Positions 10,511 to 19,217 of a stretch of 32,000 bases of DNA are shown in pieces (position 1 is the first letter of the stretch; the number at the start of each line of letters is the position of its first letter). The notes beneath the pieces were generated by a model. The model was not told where the DNA came from. It was given only the letters and a program-made list of their open reading frames with translations, and did not search any database. Both the position numbers and the translations under genes were made by a program. The stretch is from Rhodospirillales bacterium. Lineage in GTDB: Bacteria; Pseudomonadota; Alphaproteobacteria; Rhodospirillales; Casp-alpha2. Location of the stretch: the NCBI GenBank assembly GCA_040218445.1, contig JAVJRK010000017.1, forward strand, positions 272,724 to 304,723, in the 5' to 3' direction.

Positions 10511-11482
10511 ATGTTCCTACAGAAAACTTTGGCGGCAACGGCCGCTGCGGCGGCGCTGGTTCTGGCCCTGCCCAATGCCAAGGCGGCGGACTTCGTCACC
10601 ATCGGTACGGGCGGCGTCACCGGCGTCTATTATCCCACGGGCGGTGCCATCTGCCGTCTGGTCAACAAGGGCCGTAAAGAACATGGCGTGCGCTGTTCGG
10701 TTGAATCGACCGGTGGCTCGATCTTCAATATCAACGCCATCAAGAACGGCGACCTGGACATGGGCGTGGCCCAGTCGGACTGGCAGTATCATGCCTATAA
10801 CGGGACATCCAAGTTCAAGGACGCGGGTGCGTTCAAGGACCTGCGGGCCATCTTCTCGGTCCATCCGGAACCCGTCACCGTGGTTGCCCGTGCCGATTCC
10901 GGCATCAAGCACATCAGCGACTTCAAGGGTAAGCGCGTGAACATCGGCAACCCCGGTTCCGGTACGCGCGGCACCTGGGAAGTCATGGCCAATGCGCTGG
11001 GCTGGAAAGACGGTGATCTGGCACTTGCCGCCGAATTCAAATCCGGCGAACAGTCCCAGGCGCTGTGCGACAACAAGATCGACGCCTTCTTCTGGCTGGT
11101 CGGCCATCCGTCGGGCAACACCAAGGAAGCCATGACGACCTGCGATGCGCGTCTGGTCACCGTTGACGGCCCCGCCATCAAGAAGCTGGTCGACGATAAT
11201 TCCTATTACCGTTGGGCGACCATCCCGGGCGGCATGTATCGCGGCAACCCGGACGATACCAAGACCTTCGGTGTCGGTGCGACTTTCGTCGGTACGGCCA
11301 AGACCAAGGCAAACGTGGTCTATGCGGTGGTCAAAGCCGTGTTTGAAAACTTCGACACGTTCAAGAAGCTGCATCCCGCCTTCGCGAATCTGAAGAAGGA
11401 AGAAATGGTCTCCGACTCCTTGTCGGCCCCGCTCCACGATGGTGCGGCCAAGTACTACAAGGAAGCCGGCCTGATCAAATAG
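10511..11482 (+). CDS. TAXI-family TRAP transporter solute receptor (paralog 2)
   Basis: Start at [25 protein letters not shown] (signal peptide), with GGAGG 7 nt upstream; ATG 10505 is also possible. [20 protein letters not shown] and [14 protein letters not shown] are TAXI hallmarks. Confidence 0.9.
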   Translation: MFLQKTLAATAAAAALVLALPNAKAADFVTIGTGGVTGVYYPTGGAICRLVNKGRKEHGVRCSVESTGGSIFNINAIKNGDLDMGVAQSDWQYHAYNGTSKFKDAGAFKDLRAIFSVHPEPVTVVARADSGIKHISDFKGKRVNIGNPGSGTRGTWEVMANALGWKDGDLALAAEFKSGEQSQALCDNKIDAFFWLVGHPSGNTKEAMTTCDARLVTVDGPAIKKLVDDNSYYRWATIPGGMYRGNPDDTKTFGVGATFVGTAKTKANVVYAVVKAVFENFDTFKKLHPAFANLKKEEMVSDSLSAPLHDGAAKYYKEAGLIK

Positions 11483-11497
11483 TGCATCTGTCGGAGA

Positions 11498-11528
11498 GAC
11501 CCCGGGGGCATCCCCCGGGGTCTTTTTT
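11498..11528 (+). terminator. Intra-operon rho-independent terminator/attenuator between the solute receptor and permease genes
   Basis: GACCCCGGGGG-cat-CCCCCGGGGTC perfect 11-bp stem followed by TTTTTT, 16 nt after the stop codon at 11482. Confidence 0.65.
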
Positions 11529-11599
11529 CTCCGGCCTGTCTTTAAAGATCGATCCAGCGCCGCCCTGTCCCCCACGGTGCGGCAAAGGGGGGTAAGAAA

Positions 11600-14200
11600 A
11601 TGAGTGAGCAAACCGCTCCTGGACCGCAGACCGGTCCCGAAGACCGCAGTGCTGCGGACGATATCGTCGCCGCCGCCGAAACCGGCGCACGCAATCCCGG
11701 ACCATCCGTTGCCAAATTCATCGCAGGCGTGCTGCTCGCCTGGGGCATCTTCCAGGTCTGGATCGCATCGCCGCTGCCGATCATCATGGCGGACTTCATC
11801 CCCCTGCTGAACAACACGCATACCCGCCCGGCCCATCTGGGCTTTGCGATTTTCCTTACCTATCTGATCTTTCCTGCGACCAAGAATTCACCGCGCGACT
11901 TCATCCCCTATCAGGATTGGGTGCTTGGCGCCGTGGCGGCGTGGTGCGCGCTGTATCTGGCCGTATTCGCCAATGAAATCGCCGAGCGCCCGGGCCTGCC
12001 GACCATGGCGGATCTGGTTCATTCGGCGATCGGTATTTTACTGCTGTTGGAAGCGGCCCGCCGTGCGCTGGGCCTGCCCCTGGTCGTCGTGGCCTGTGTG
12101 TTCCTGGTTTATATCTTCTTCGGCGAATACGCGCCCGACGTGATCGCCTGGAAAGGCGCCAGTATGGACCGCGCGATGTCGCACCTGTGGATCACGCAAG
12201 AGGGCGTGTTCGGGGTCGCACTCGGCGTATCGACGTCTTTGGTGTTCATCTTCGTGCTGTTCGGCGGCCTGTTGGAAAAAGGCGGCGCCGGCAACTACTT
12301 CATTCAGGTGTCTTTCGCCCTGATGGGGCATTTCAAAGGTGGTCCGGCCAAGGCCGCCGTTGTGTCGTCGGCCATGACGGGGCTGATTTCCGGCTCGTCC
12401 ATCGCCAACGTCGTGACCACGGGCGTGTTCACCATCCCGCTGATGCGCAAGGTCGGGTTCTCGGCCGAAAAAGCGGGGGCGGTCGAGGTCGCCTCAAGCA
12501 CCAACGGTCAGCTAACCCCGCCGGTCATGGGGGCAGCCGCGTTTCTGATGGTCGAATATGTCGGCATTTCCTATGTGGAGGTGATCAAGCACGCCTTCCT
12601 GCCGGCCATCATTTCCTACATCGCGCTGGTCTATATCGTGCATCTTGAGGCCTGTAAGGCCGGCATGCAGGGCCTGCCGCGTATCGACAAGCCGACCTTG
12701 GCGCAGCGGGCGGTCGTTTGGACCACCGTGCCCGTGGGCATGATCGTGCTGGGTGCCATCATCTATTACGGATTCGGCTGGACCAAGGAAGCCATGGGCG
12801 ACGCCACGCCCTGGATCGCCGCGATCATTCTTGCGGCGGCGTATCTGGGTTTGGTGCGTTATGCGGCGAATTACAAGGAACTCGGCATCATGCAGGATGT
12901 CGACGTGCTGCCGGAAACCGGACCGACGGTGAAGTCGGGTCTGTACTTCCTGCTGCCCGTGGGCCTGCTCATGTGGTGCCTGCTGGTCGAGCGGTTCTCG
13001 CCGGGGCTCAGTGCATTCTGGGCGGTGGTCCTGAAGGTCTTCATGCTGCTGACGCAGCGCCCGCTGCAGTCCTTTTTCCGCGGCAACGGTGCGGGGCCTG
13101 AAACCTGGAAACAGAGCTTCGACGATCTGATCGAAGGCACGATCAACGGGTCGCGCAACATGGTCGGCATCGGCGTCGCCACCGCGACGGCCGGGATCGT
13201 CGTGGGAGCGATTACCCTGACGCCTATCAGTCAGGTCATCACCGAGGTCATGGAAATCCTGTCCGGGGGCAATCTGATCGTCCTGCTGTTGCTGACGGCC
13301 GTTGCCTGCATCATCCTGGGCATGGGGCTGCCGACGACGGCCAACTACATCGTCGTGTCGTCCCTGATGGCGCAGGTGATCGTGACCGTGGGCGCCAACA
13401 ACGGGTTGATCGTGCCGTTGATCGCCGTGCACCTGTTCGTGTTCTACTTCGGCATTCTGGCGGATGACACGCCACCGGTGGGCCTTGCGGCCTATGCGGC
13501 GGCGGCCGTTTCCGGCGGGGACCCGATCAAGACCGGTGTGCAGGGCTTTACCTACGACATCCGGATGGCAGTTCTGCCTTTCATGTTCATCTTCAACACC
13601 GAGTTGTTGATGATCGGGATCGAAGGGCCGGTTCACCTGATCATCGTGATCGTCACGGCCGTCATGGCGGTCTTGTTATTCGCGGCGGCGACGCAGGGAT
13701 TCTTTATCGTTAAAAACAAGATCTGGGAGACGCTGGCCCTGCTGTTGATCGCCTTTACCCTGTTCCGACCCGGGTTTTGGATGGACATGATCGTCCCGCC
13801 GCTTGAATCCGTGCCGGCGGCGACAATTACGGATGTCGCCTCCAAAATGGGAGCGGACGAACAGATCCGGATTCGCGTCAAGGGCGAAACCCTTGAAGGT
13901 GAACCCGTCGATAAGACCGTGATGCTGCCGCTTGGGCCCAAGGCCGAGGGGGCTGACCGGCTGAAGTTCGCGGGCCTGGAACTGCGGCGCGAGGGCGAAA
14001 AGACCATTGTCGACGTTGTCGTGTTCGGCAGTGCGGCCGAAAAGCAGAAGATCGATTTCGATTGGGAAATCGTCTCGGTCGAACGCGAGACGGAACGCAT
14101 GCCCAAACACGTCATGTACATCCCTGCCTTGGTGCTGCTGATCGGGGTGGTCCTCATGCAAAAAGGACGTCAGCGAAAACAAACGCCGGCGGCGGCATAA
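11600..14200 (+). CDS. TRAP transporter fused permease (TAXI-associated fused small/large membrane component)
   Basis: 866-aa, highly hydrophobic multi-span ORF directly downstream of the TAXI receptors. It ends in a soluble C-terminal extension followed by a final TM helix. Confidence 0.9.
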   Translation: MSEQTAPGPQTGPEDRSAADDIVAAAETGARNPGPSVAKFIAGVLLAWGIFQVWIASPLPIIMADFIPLLNNTHTRPAHLGFAIFLTYLIFPATKNSPRDFIPYQDWVLGAVAAWCALYLAVFANEIAERPGLPTMADLVHSAIGILLLLEAARRALGLPLVVVACVFLVYIFFGEYAPDVIAWKGASMDRAMSHLWITQEGVFGVALGVSTSLVFIFVLFGGLLEKGGAGNYFIQVSFALMGHFKGGPAKAAVVSSAMTGLISGSSIANVVTTGVFTIPLMRKVGFSAEKAGAVEVASSTNGQLTPPVMGAAAFLMVEYVGISYVEVIKHAFLPAIISYIALVYIVHLEACKAGMQGLPRIDKPTLAQRAVVWTTVPVGMIVLGAIIYYGFGWTKEAMGDATPWIAAIILAAAYLGLVRYAANYKELGIMQDVDVLPETGPTVKSGLYFLLPVGLLMWCLLVERFSPGLSAFWAVVLKVFMLLTQRPLQSFFRGNGAGPETWKQSFDDLIEGTINGSRNMVGIGVATATAGIVVGAITLTPISQVITEVMEILSGGNLIVLLLLTAVACIILGMGLPTTANYIVVSSLMAQVIVTVGANNGLIVPLIAVHLFVFYFGILADDTPPVGLAAYAAAAVSGGDPIKTGVQGFTYDIRMAVLPFMFIFNTELLMIGIEGPVHLIIVIVTAVMAVLLFAAATQGFFIVKNKIWETLALLLIAFTLFRPGFWMDMIVPPLESVPAATITDVASKMGADEQIRIRVKGETLEGEPVDKTVMLPLGPKAEGADRLKFAGLELRREGEKTIVDVVVFGSAAEKQKIDFDWEIVSVERETERMPKHVMYIPALVLLIGVVLMQKGRQRKQTPAAA

Positions 14201-14218
14201 GGGGAGGAGACCCAAACC

Positions 14219-14647
14219 ATGTACAAGAACATTCTTCTTGCGATTGATCTGGAAGACGAATCAACCTGGGACCGGGCGGCCCCTCAGGCGGTCGATCTGG
14301 CCAAGGCGTCCGGTGCCGACCTGCATATCATGGCGGTCGTGCCTGATTTCGGGATGACCCTGGTTGCCAGCTTTTTCCCCAAGGACTTCGAGGAAAAGGC
14401 GCTCGATGAAACGAATGCGCGCCTTCATGCCTGGACTGCGGAAAACATACCGGACGGGGTCAATGTTCAGCATATCGTCGGGCATGGCCGGGCATACGCG
14501 GAAATACTGCGGGTTGCGTCGGATATTTCCTGCGACCTGCTGATCCTGTCGGCGCGCCGGGCGGACGACGGCAAAACTTTCGAAGTGGGGCCCAACACGG
14601 CCCATATCGTCCGGCATGCCAGCCAGTCCGTGCTGATCGTGCGTTAG
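14219..14647 (+). CDS. Universal stress protein (UspA family), TRAP-associated
   Basis: 142-aa ORF. MYKNILLAIDL start and C-terminal ...GPNTAHIVRHASQSVLIVR, typical of a Usp ATP-binding fold. GGAGGAG RBS. Confidence 0.85.
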   Translation: MYKNILLAIDLEDESTWDRAAPQAVDLAKASGADLHIMAVVPDFGMTLVASFFPKDFEEKALDETNARLHAWTAENIPDGVNVQHIVGHGRAYAEILRVASDISCDLLILSARRADDGKTFEVGPNTAHIVRHASQSVLIVR

Positions 14648-14671
14648 CAGGAAAAGCATTATAGAAATGAC

Positions 14672-14709
14672 AAACCGCCGCCGGGCAGGACCGGGCGGCG
14701 GTTTTTCTT
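14672..14709. terminator. Bidirectional rho-independent terminator between convergent usp and cytochrome c genes
   Basis: AAACCGCCGCC ... GGCGGCGGTTT 11-bp stem. It is flanked by an A-run on the left and a T-run on the right, so it can terminate both strands. Confidence 0.65.
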
Positions 14710-14777
14710 GGGGCGCGTCAAAGGTGACGGCGGGGGCAAGGCGTTGGTGGTCTGCACCGCACCGATTGCCCCATGCG

Positions 14778-15203
14778 TCATTTCAGGCTGTTCATGTATT
14801 CGATGATCAGCGCGCGTTCTTCCGGCTTCTTCAGGCCCGGATAGGCCATTTTTGAAATGGCCTTGGGATCATCCAGATAATCGCGCAGAAACTGTTTGGG
14901 GTTGGTGATGTAGGCATCGACCGTTTTGTCATCCCATACCAGACCTTTTTCGCCGGCCGCGACCAAGGATTTGGAATAACGCGACTGTTTATAGCCGTCG
15001 GCGGTGCCCGCCTTGCGGCCCATGATGCCTTTCAAGGACGGGCCGATCGTGTGTTTGCCCGAAATCGTATGGCACATGGCACAGCGGTTTTTCTTGAATG
15101 CCTTGGCGCCGTCGGCCAGGACCGGTCCGGCAGCCGTCATCATCGTGGCCGCGATACCGGCGAAAACCGCCGCCATCAGGGTAGAATACTTCATTGAACA
15201 CAC
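14778..15203 (-). CDS. Soluble class-I c-type cytochrome (cytochrome c2/c550-like)
   Basis: 141-aa ORF with a signal peptide, a CAMCH heme-binding motif and a distal Met ligand region (KMAYPGLKK). Confidence 0.88.
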   Translation of the reverse strand: MCSMKYSTLMAAVFAGIAATMMTAAGPVLADGAKAFKKNRCAMCHTISGKHTIGPSLKGIMGRKAGTADGYKQSRYSKSLVAAGEKGLVWDDKTVDAYITNPKQFLRDYLDDPKAISKMAYPGLKKPEERALIIEYMNSLK

Positions 15204-15413
15204 CTTCCGTGTTTCTGTCGTTTATTCGCGTAAAATGCCCGCGAAGGGGTGCCTGTATTATCGTCACGTGATCGTTGAGACGCAATCGGCAAGCCGGTCA
15301 TGCCCGAGATGATTTCATAAACAGGCCGATCCGCAGTATAATTCACGGATATGGAAATCGTGGGCGCAGTCAGGGGTTTTGTCCCAGGACTGTGAAAGGA
15401 GCATTGTATCATC

Positions 15414-16568
15414 ATGCCGGCAGATAAACTGAGCCAAGCCGACGTCGCCAAATTGTTGTCCGATCCCACGCCGGACAACCGGGCCGCGACGGCCGCAAAG
15501 GTCGCAGGTGCCTTCGATCCGGCGGCCTTGGGGCCGTCCGAACGGGCCCTTGCCGAGGAAATTTTCCGTCTCATGGTCAAGGATGCGGAAATCCGCGTGC
15601 GTCAGGCCTTAACGGAAAACCTAAAGGAAAACGGAAACGTGCCGCACGACGTCGCGGTGGCGCTGGCCAACGATGTCGATCAGGTCGCCTTGCCGATGAT
15701 CGAGTTTTCCCAGGTTCTGAACGATGAAGACCTGATCGCCATTATCGGCTCGCAAGACCCCGCCAAGCAGGAAGCGGTCGCCGGTCGGGCGACCGTGTCC
15801 GAGGAACTGTCCGATGCCTTGGTCAATTCCGGCAACGAAGCCGCGGTCACGCGCCTTGTGAAAAACGAAGGTGCCGCGATTTCCGAACAGACATTCCAAA
15901 AAGTGGTCGACGGTTTCGGGGACCGTGCCGGGGTTCAGGATGCGATGGTCAATCGGGCGTCCTTGCCGGTTACCGTGGCCGAACGGTTGGTCACCCTGGT
16001 TTCGGAAAATATGCGGGACGAATTGGTCAAACGGCATGAAGTGTCCGCGACCATGGCAACGGATATCATCCTTAAATCGCGGGAACGGGCGACGATCAGC
16101 CTGTCATCCGATTCCGGTGTCGATGATGTCATGCTTCTGGTCAAGCAATTGAACGAAAACGGGCGTCTGACGTCGTCAATCACCCTGCGTGCCTTATGCA
16201 TGGGGGATATCACGTTCTTTGAATGCGCCATGGCGATTCTTGGCGGGGTGACGCTGGACAACGCACGGCGTCTGATCCACGACCGCGGACCGTTGGGGCT
16301 GCGGGCTGTGTTCGACAAGGCACATTTGCCTTCGGCGCAATACATGGCCGTGCGCGCAGCCCTGGACGTCAGCCGGGAAACGGAAATGGACGGCGGCGAG
16401 AACGACCGCGAACGCTATGCCCGGCGCATGATCGAACGCATCATGACCCAGTATGATGATCTGGGGGTGGAATTCGAATCCTCGGATTTGGAATATCTAC
16501 TGACCAAGATGGACGAATTGCCGCCGGACGTTCTGGGTGACGACGACTTGGCCGCAAGCACAGGCTAA
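15414..16568 (+). CDS. DUF2336-family protein (HEAT-like repeat, unknown function)
   Basis: 384-aa acidic helical repeat protein. The pattern ...RVRQALTENLKENGNVPHDVAVALANDVDQVALPMIEFSQVLNDEDL matches my recollection of alphaproteobacterial DUF2336 proteins. Confidence 0.65.
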   Translation: MPADKLSQADVAKLLSDPTPDNRAATAAKVAGAFDPAALGPSERALAEEIFRLMVKDAEIRVRQALTENLKENGNVPHDVAVALANDVDQVALPMIEFSQVLNDEDLIAIIGSQDPAKQEAVAGRATVSEELSDALVNSGNEAAVTRLVKNEGAAISEQTFQKVVDGFGDRAGVQDAMVNRASLPVTVAERLVTLVSENMRDELVKRHEVSATMATDIILKSRERATISLSSDSGVDDVMLLVKQLNENGRLTSSITLRALCMGDITFFECAMAILGGVTLDNARRLIHDRGPLGLRAVFDKAHLPSAQYMAVRAALDVSRETEMDGGENDRERYARRMIERIMTQYDDLGVEFESSDLEYLLTKMDELPPDVLGDDDLAASTG

Positions 16569-16591
16569 CCCCGCCCGCGCGGAATTTATCT

Positions 16592-17836
16592 TTATCTGGA
16601 GCCCAGATCCCGCCAGACCGCGTAATCCTTGCGGAACCGGTCGAGCGATTTCCACACCTTGGCGAAGTCCTTGTCTTTTTTGGCGGTCTCGCCGGCGACC
16701 TCGCCCCAGGCTTCGGACAGTTTATCCAGAATTTCGCGCGGCCAGCGGCGAACGGTCACGCCTTCCTTGGTCAGGCTCAACAAGGCACGGTATTGCAGGG
16801 CTTCGCCTTCGGCCATGCCATGACGGACATTGTCGCCGCACACGGACCGCAACTGTGAGCGCTGTACAGGGGTTAGGGCGGACCAGCGATCCTGGTTGAT
16901 CACCAAGGCGAGAAGCGTCGCCGGCTGGTGCCAGCCGGGGAAGTAATAGTTTCGCGCCATGCGGTGCAGACCAAGCTGAACATCGATCGCCGGCATGGAA
17001 TATTCGGCGGCGTCGATTTCGCCGGTTTCCAAGGCATGAAAAATCTCGCCTGCATTCAGGTTCATGGTCTTGGCGCCCAGGCGCTTCATAACCCGGGCAC
17101 CCAGGCCCGTCATGCGCACGCGAAGGCCTTTCAAATCCTCGACCGTGGTCAGCGGACGCCGGTACCAGCCGGCCCCTTCGGGGGACACCAGGCCGCAGAC
17201 GACCACCTGCAGGCCCAGGCTTTCCGCCAATCCGTTCAATAGTTTCTCGCCGCCGCCGAAATACAGCCAGGCCAGGTATTCCTCGGCCCGGGGCCCGAAC
17301 GGCACGGCGCCGAATAGTTGCAAGGCGGGGGTATTCGACGGCCAGCTTTCGGGGGCGACAAAGGCCGCATCGACGGTGCCTGCCTTGACCGCCGATATGA
17401 TGTCCTTTTCCCGTGCCACGGATCCCGGTTCGTGAAAGGAAATCTCCATGCCGCCGGCCGATACACGCCAAAGCTCTGTTTCAATCCGTTTGGCTTGCGC
17501 GCCCAATTGGGGCAGGGAACTGGCAAAGGCACTTTCCATGCGCCAGCGCACCGTGGTGTCCGGCACGGCAGCGGGGGCAAGAAGGTTTTCCGCATTGGCG
17601 GCGGGCGCGGCGGATTCGTTCGAACCGGGCTTTTTCGATTGGGTGTCGTCACGGGGCGCATCGCCGGGCGGGGTTTGTGCGGCGTCTGCAGACGGTTGTT
17701 CGCCGGCGGCCAGGTTCGCGGCGACTTCCGCGGCGGTGTCGGGCAGCGGGGCCTTCAGGCGCGGGGCGATAATCGACACCCCCAGAACGACGCCTACAAC
17801 CAATCCTACGACGATGCCGATGGCGGCATTTCGCAT
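16592..17836 (-). CDS. DctP-type TRAP substrate-binding protein, membrane-anchored, orphan
   Basis: 414-aa ORF. N-terminal TM helix (AAIGIVVGLVVGVVLGVSIIA), then a roughly 85-aa Ala/Pro/Asp-rich linker, then a DctP-family fold (RWRMESAFASSLPQLG ... NYYFPGWHQP). No DctQ/DctM genes are adjacent. Confidence 0.75.
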   Translation of the reverse strand: MRNAAIGIVVGLVVGVVLGVSIIAPRLKAPLPDTAAEVAANLAAGEQPSADAAQTPPGDAPRDDTQSKKPGSNESAAPAANAENLLAPAAVPDTTVRWRMESAFASSLPQLGAQAKRIETELWRVSAGGMEISFHEPGSVAREKDIISAVKAGTVDAAFVAPESWPSNTPALQLFGAVPFGPRAEEYLAWLYFGGGEKLLNGLAESLGLQVVVCGLVSPEGAGWYRRPLTTVEDLKGLRVRMTGLGARVMKRLGAKTMNLNAGEIFHALETGEIDAAEYSMPAIDVQLGLHRMARNYYFPGWHQPATLLALVINQDRWSALTPVQRSQLRSVCGDNVRHGMAEGEALQYRALLSLTKEGVTVRRWPREILDKLSEAWGEVAGETAKKDKDFAKVWKSLDRFRKDYAVWRDLGSR

Positions 17837-18033
17837 GGCGATGACCTCTCCGTTCCGCCCCCCTTTGGGCGGCCCCTGCGTGGGGGTGCGGCAGTGTAGC
17901 CGAAGCAGACGCCCGCTCGGAGTCCTTAGACACCGCCGTTATTCACATTTTGTGGATATGTCTCGTAAGTCCAGGCGCAATAGGGAAGAAATCTTGGGGT
18001 TCCGGGTGACCCCAGGCAATTCTCCGGGCGCCG

Positions 18034-18816
18034 TCAACTGCACTTGCGGTAGACGAGATCGACCTTATGCCATTGGTTGTTGTATTTGACGGCGTATGAT
18101 CGAAGCTCCGTCGCGCTGACGATCTTGTCCTGATAGATCAGGCCGTCGGCCTCCAGAACCAGCACGTCGTTTTCGCGCCGCACGTCATAGACGGCGGAAC
18201 TGCCGTCGTCCCTGATTACCCGGACTTTCTGTGCGTTGACCTGATTGTAGGTCACGCCGTTGCCGCCTTCCGTGCGCGAGCAATCGATTGCCCATCGCCC
18301 CAGAACCCAGGGGACCGGAAACTGTCCCGGCGGGGCGGGTGGCGGCATTTGGCCCGCCGCCGCCTGTTGGACCATCGGGGGTTTCGGCTGATCGACGGCG
18401 AAAGTGCCCTGGACCTGCGCCCCCTGGGTCGGTTGCAGGGTCGCAAGGCGACGCCGTGCCAAATGGGTCAGGGCGCTATCGGGATAGGTTTCGATGAATG
18501 TCTGGAAGACTTTCGGGTCGTCCGACCCGCGAATGCGTTCCCATTTCTCCACATCCTCGCGGCGCTCGCGCGTCGGATCGCGGTTCAGGGATTTTTCTTC
18601 CTCGCCGGAAAACGGGAGTTTGACCGAATCCCATAATTCCTTGGATTTGTCGGCGACGGTGGAAAAGGCGTTCGTCGCGGTCTCGCAGCCGCCCAACAGG
18701 GCCAGTACGGCAAGCGCCGGAAGGGCGATCATCACGCGGGTGCCGGCTTTGCGGTGTCTGTTATTTGCAGATGCGGTCATGATACGGCCTTGGCGGTTGG
18801 TTCCGGCGTTGTTCAT
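18034..18816 (-). CDS. Lipoprotein of unknown function
   Basis: Start placed at ATG 18816 (GGAGGAG RBS 9 nt upstream). Lipobox LALLGGC. The track ORF start at 19014 would read through the tRNA fragment and the terminator hairpin, so it was rejected. Confidence 0.6.
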   Translation of the reverse strand: MNNAGTNRQGRIMTASANNRHRKAGTRVMIALPALAVLALLGGCETATNAFSTVADKSKELWDSVKLPFSGEEEKSLNRDPTRERREDVEKWERIRGSDDPKVFQTFIETYPDSALTHLARRRLATLQPTQGAQVQGTFAVDQPKPPMVQQAAAGQMPPPAPPGQFPVPWVLGRWAIDCSRTEGGNGVTYNQVNAQKVRVIRDDGSSAVYDVRRENDVLVLEADGLIYQDKIVSATELRSYAVKYNNQWHKVDLVYRKCS

Positions 18817-18922
18817 GGAGCGGTGCTCCTCCCCAGAGCTACATAAAAGTAGCCAATTAGAAATAAAAGCGAAAGGCCAACCCGCGCGCGTGGTGTTTGC
18901 TGGGGCTGCCTGCGCAAAAGAA

Positions 18923-18956
18923 AACGGCCCCGGGTTTGCAAACCACAGGGGCCGTT
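18923..18956 (-). terminator. Hairpin next to the distal tRNA-Pro fragment (presumed ancestral tRNA terminator)
   Basis: AACGGCCCC ... GGGGCCGTT 9-bp stem. On the minus strand it lies 9 nt after the tRNA 3'-end copy and is followed by TTCTTTTG. Confidence 0.5.
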
Positions 18957-18965
18957 CTCGATTTT

Positions 18966-19010
18966 TGGTCGGAGTGAGAGGATTTGAACCTCCGACCCCC
19001 GCCTCCCGAA
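18966..19010 (-). repeat. Direct repeat A: 45-nt copy of the tRNA-Pro 3' half (distal att site of the island array)
   Basis: tggtcggagtgagaggatTtgaacctccgacccccgcctcccgaa matches 31770..31814 with a single mismatch (T for C in the T-loop). It covers the CCA end through the anticodon loop. Confidence 0.92.
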
Positions 19011-19217
19011 ACATGCCGATGGAAAATAACCTTTTGATAGAAAGTAATTAAACCTTACAAATTAAGCGATATCAGGGTGGTATTCTGCTTATGTTCATGG
19101 GGAAATGGTTCAATTGAACCGCCAAGCACCGTTTTCTCGCGTCGCGCTCAGGGGGAACGACAGACCGGAATGGGAGCTATAAAGACAAGAAGTGATCATC
19201 GAAACCAGCCGTTGAGG

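Noticed and set aside
17950-18033. Weak hairpin (TGGGGT...ACCCCA) downstream of the lipoprotein gene as a terminator
   Set aside because: The stem is short (6 bp) and has no convincing U-run, so I could not support it.
18817-19014. N-terminal extension of the lipoprotein ORF (MFREAGVGGSNPLTPTK...)
   Set aside because: This stretch is the translation of the tRNA-Pro 3'-half repeat and the terminator hairpin. A good RBS plus ATG at 18816 gives a normal lipoprotein signal peptide.
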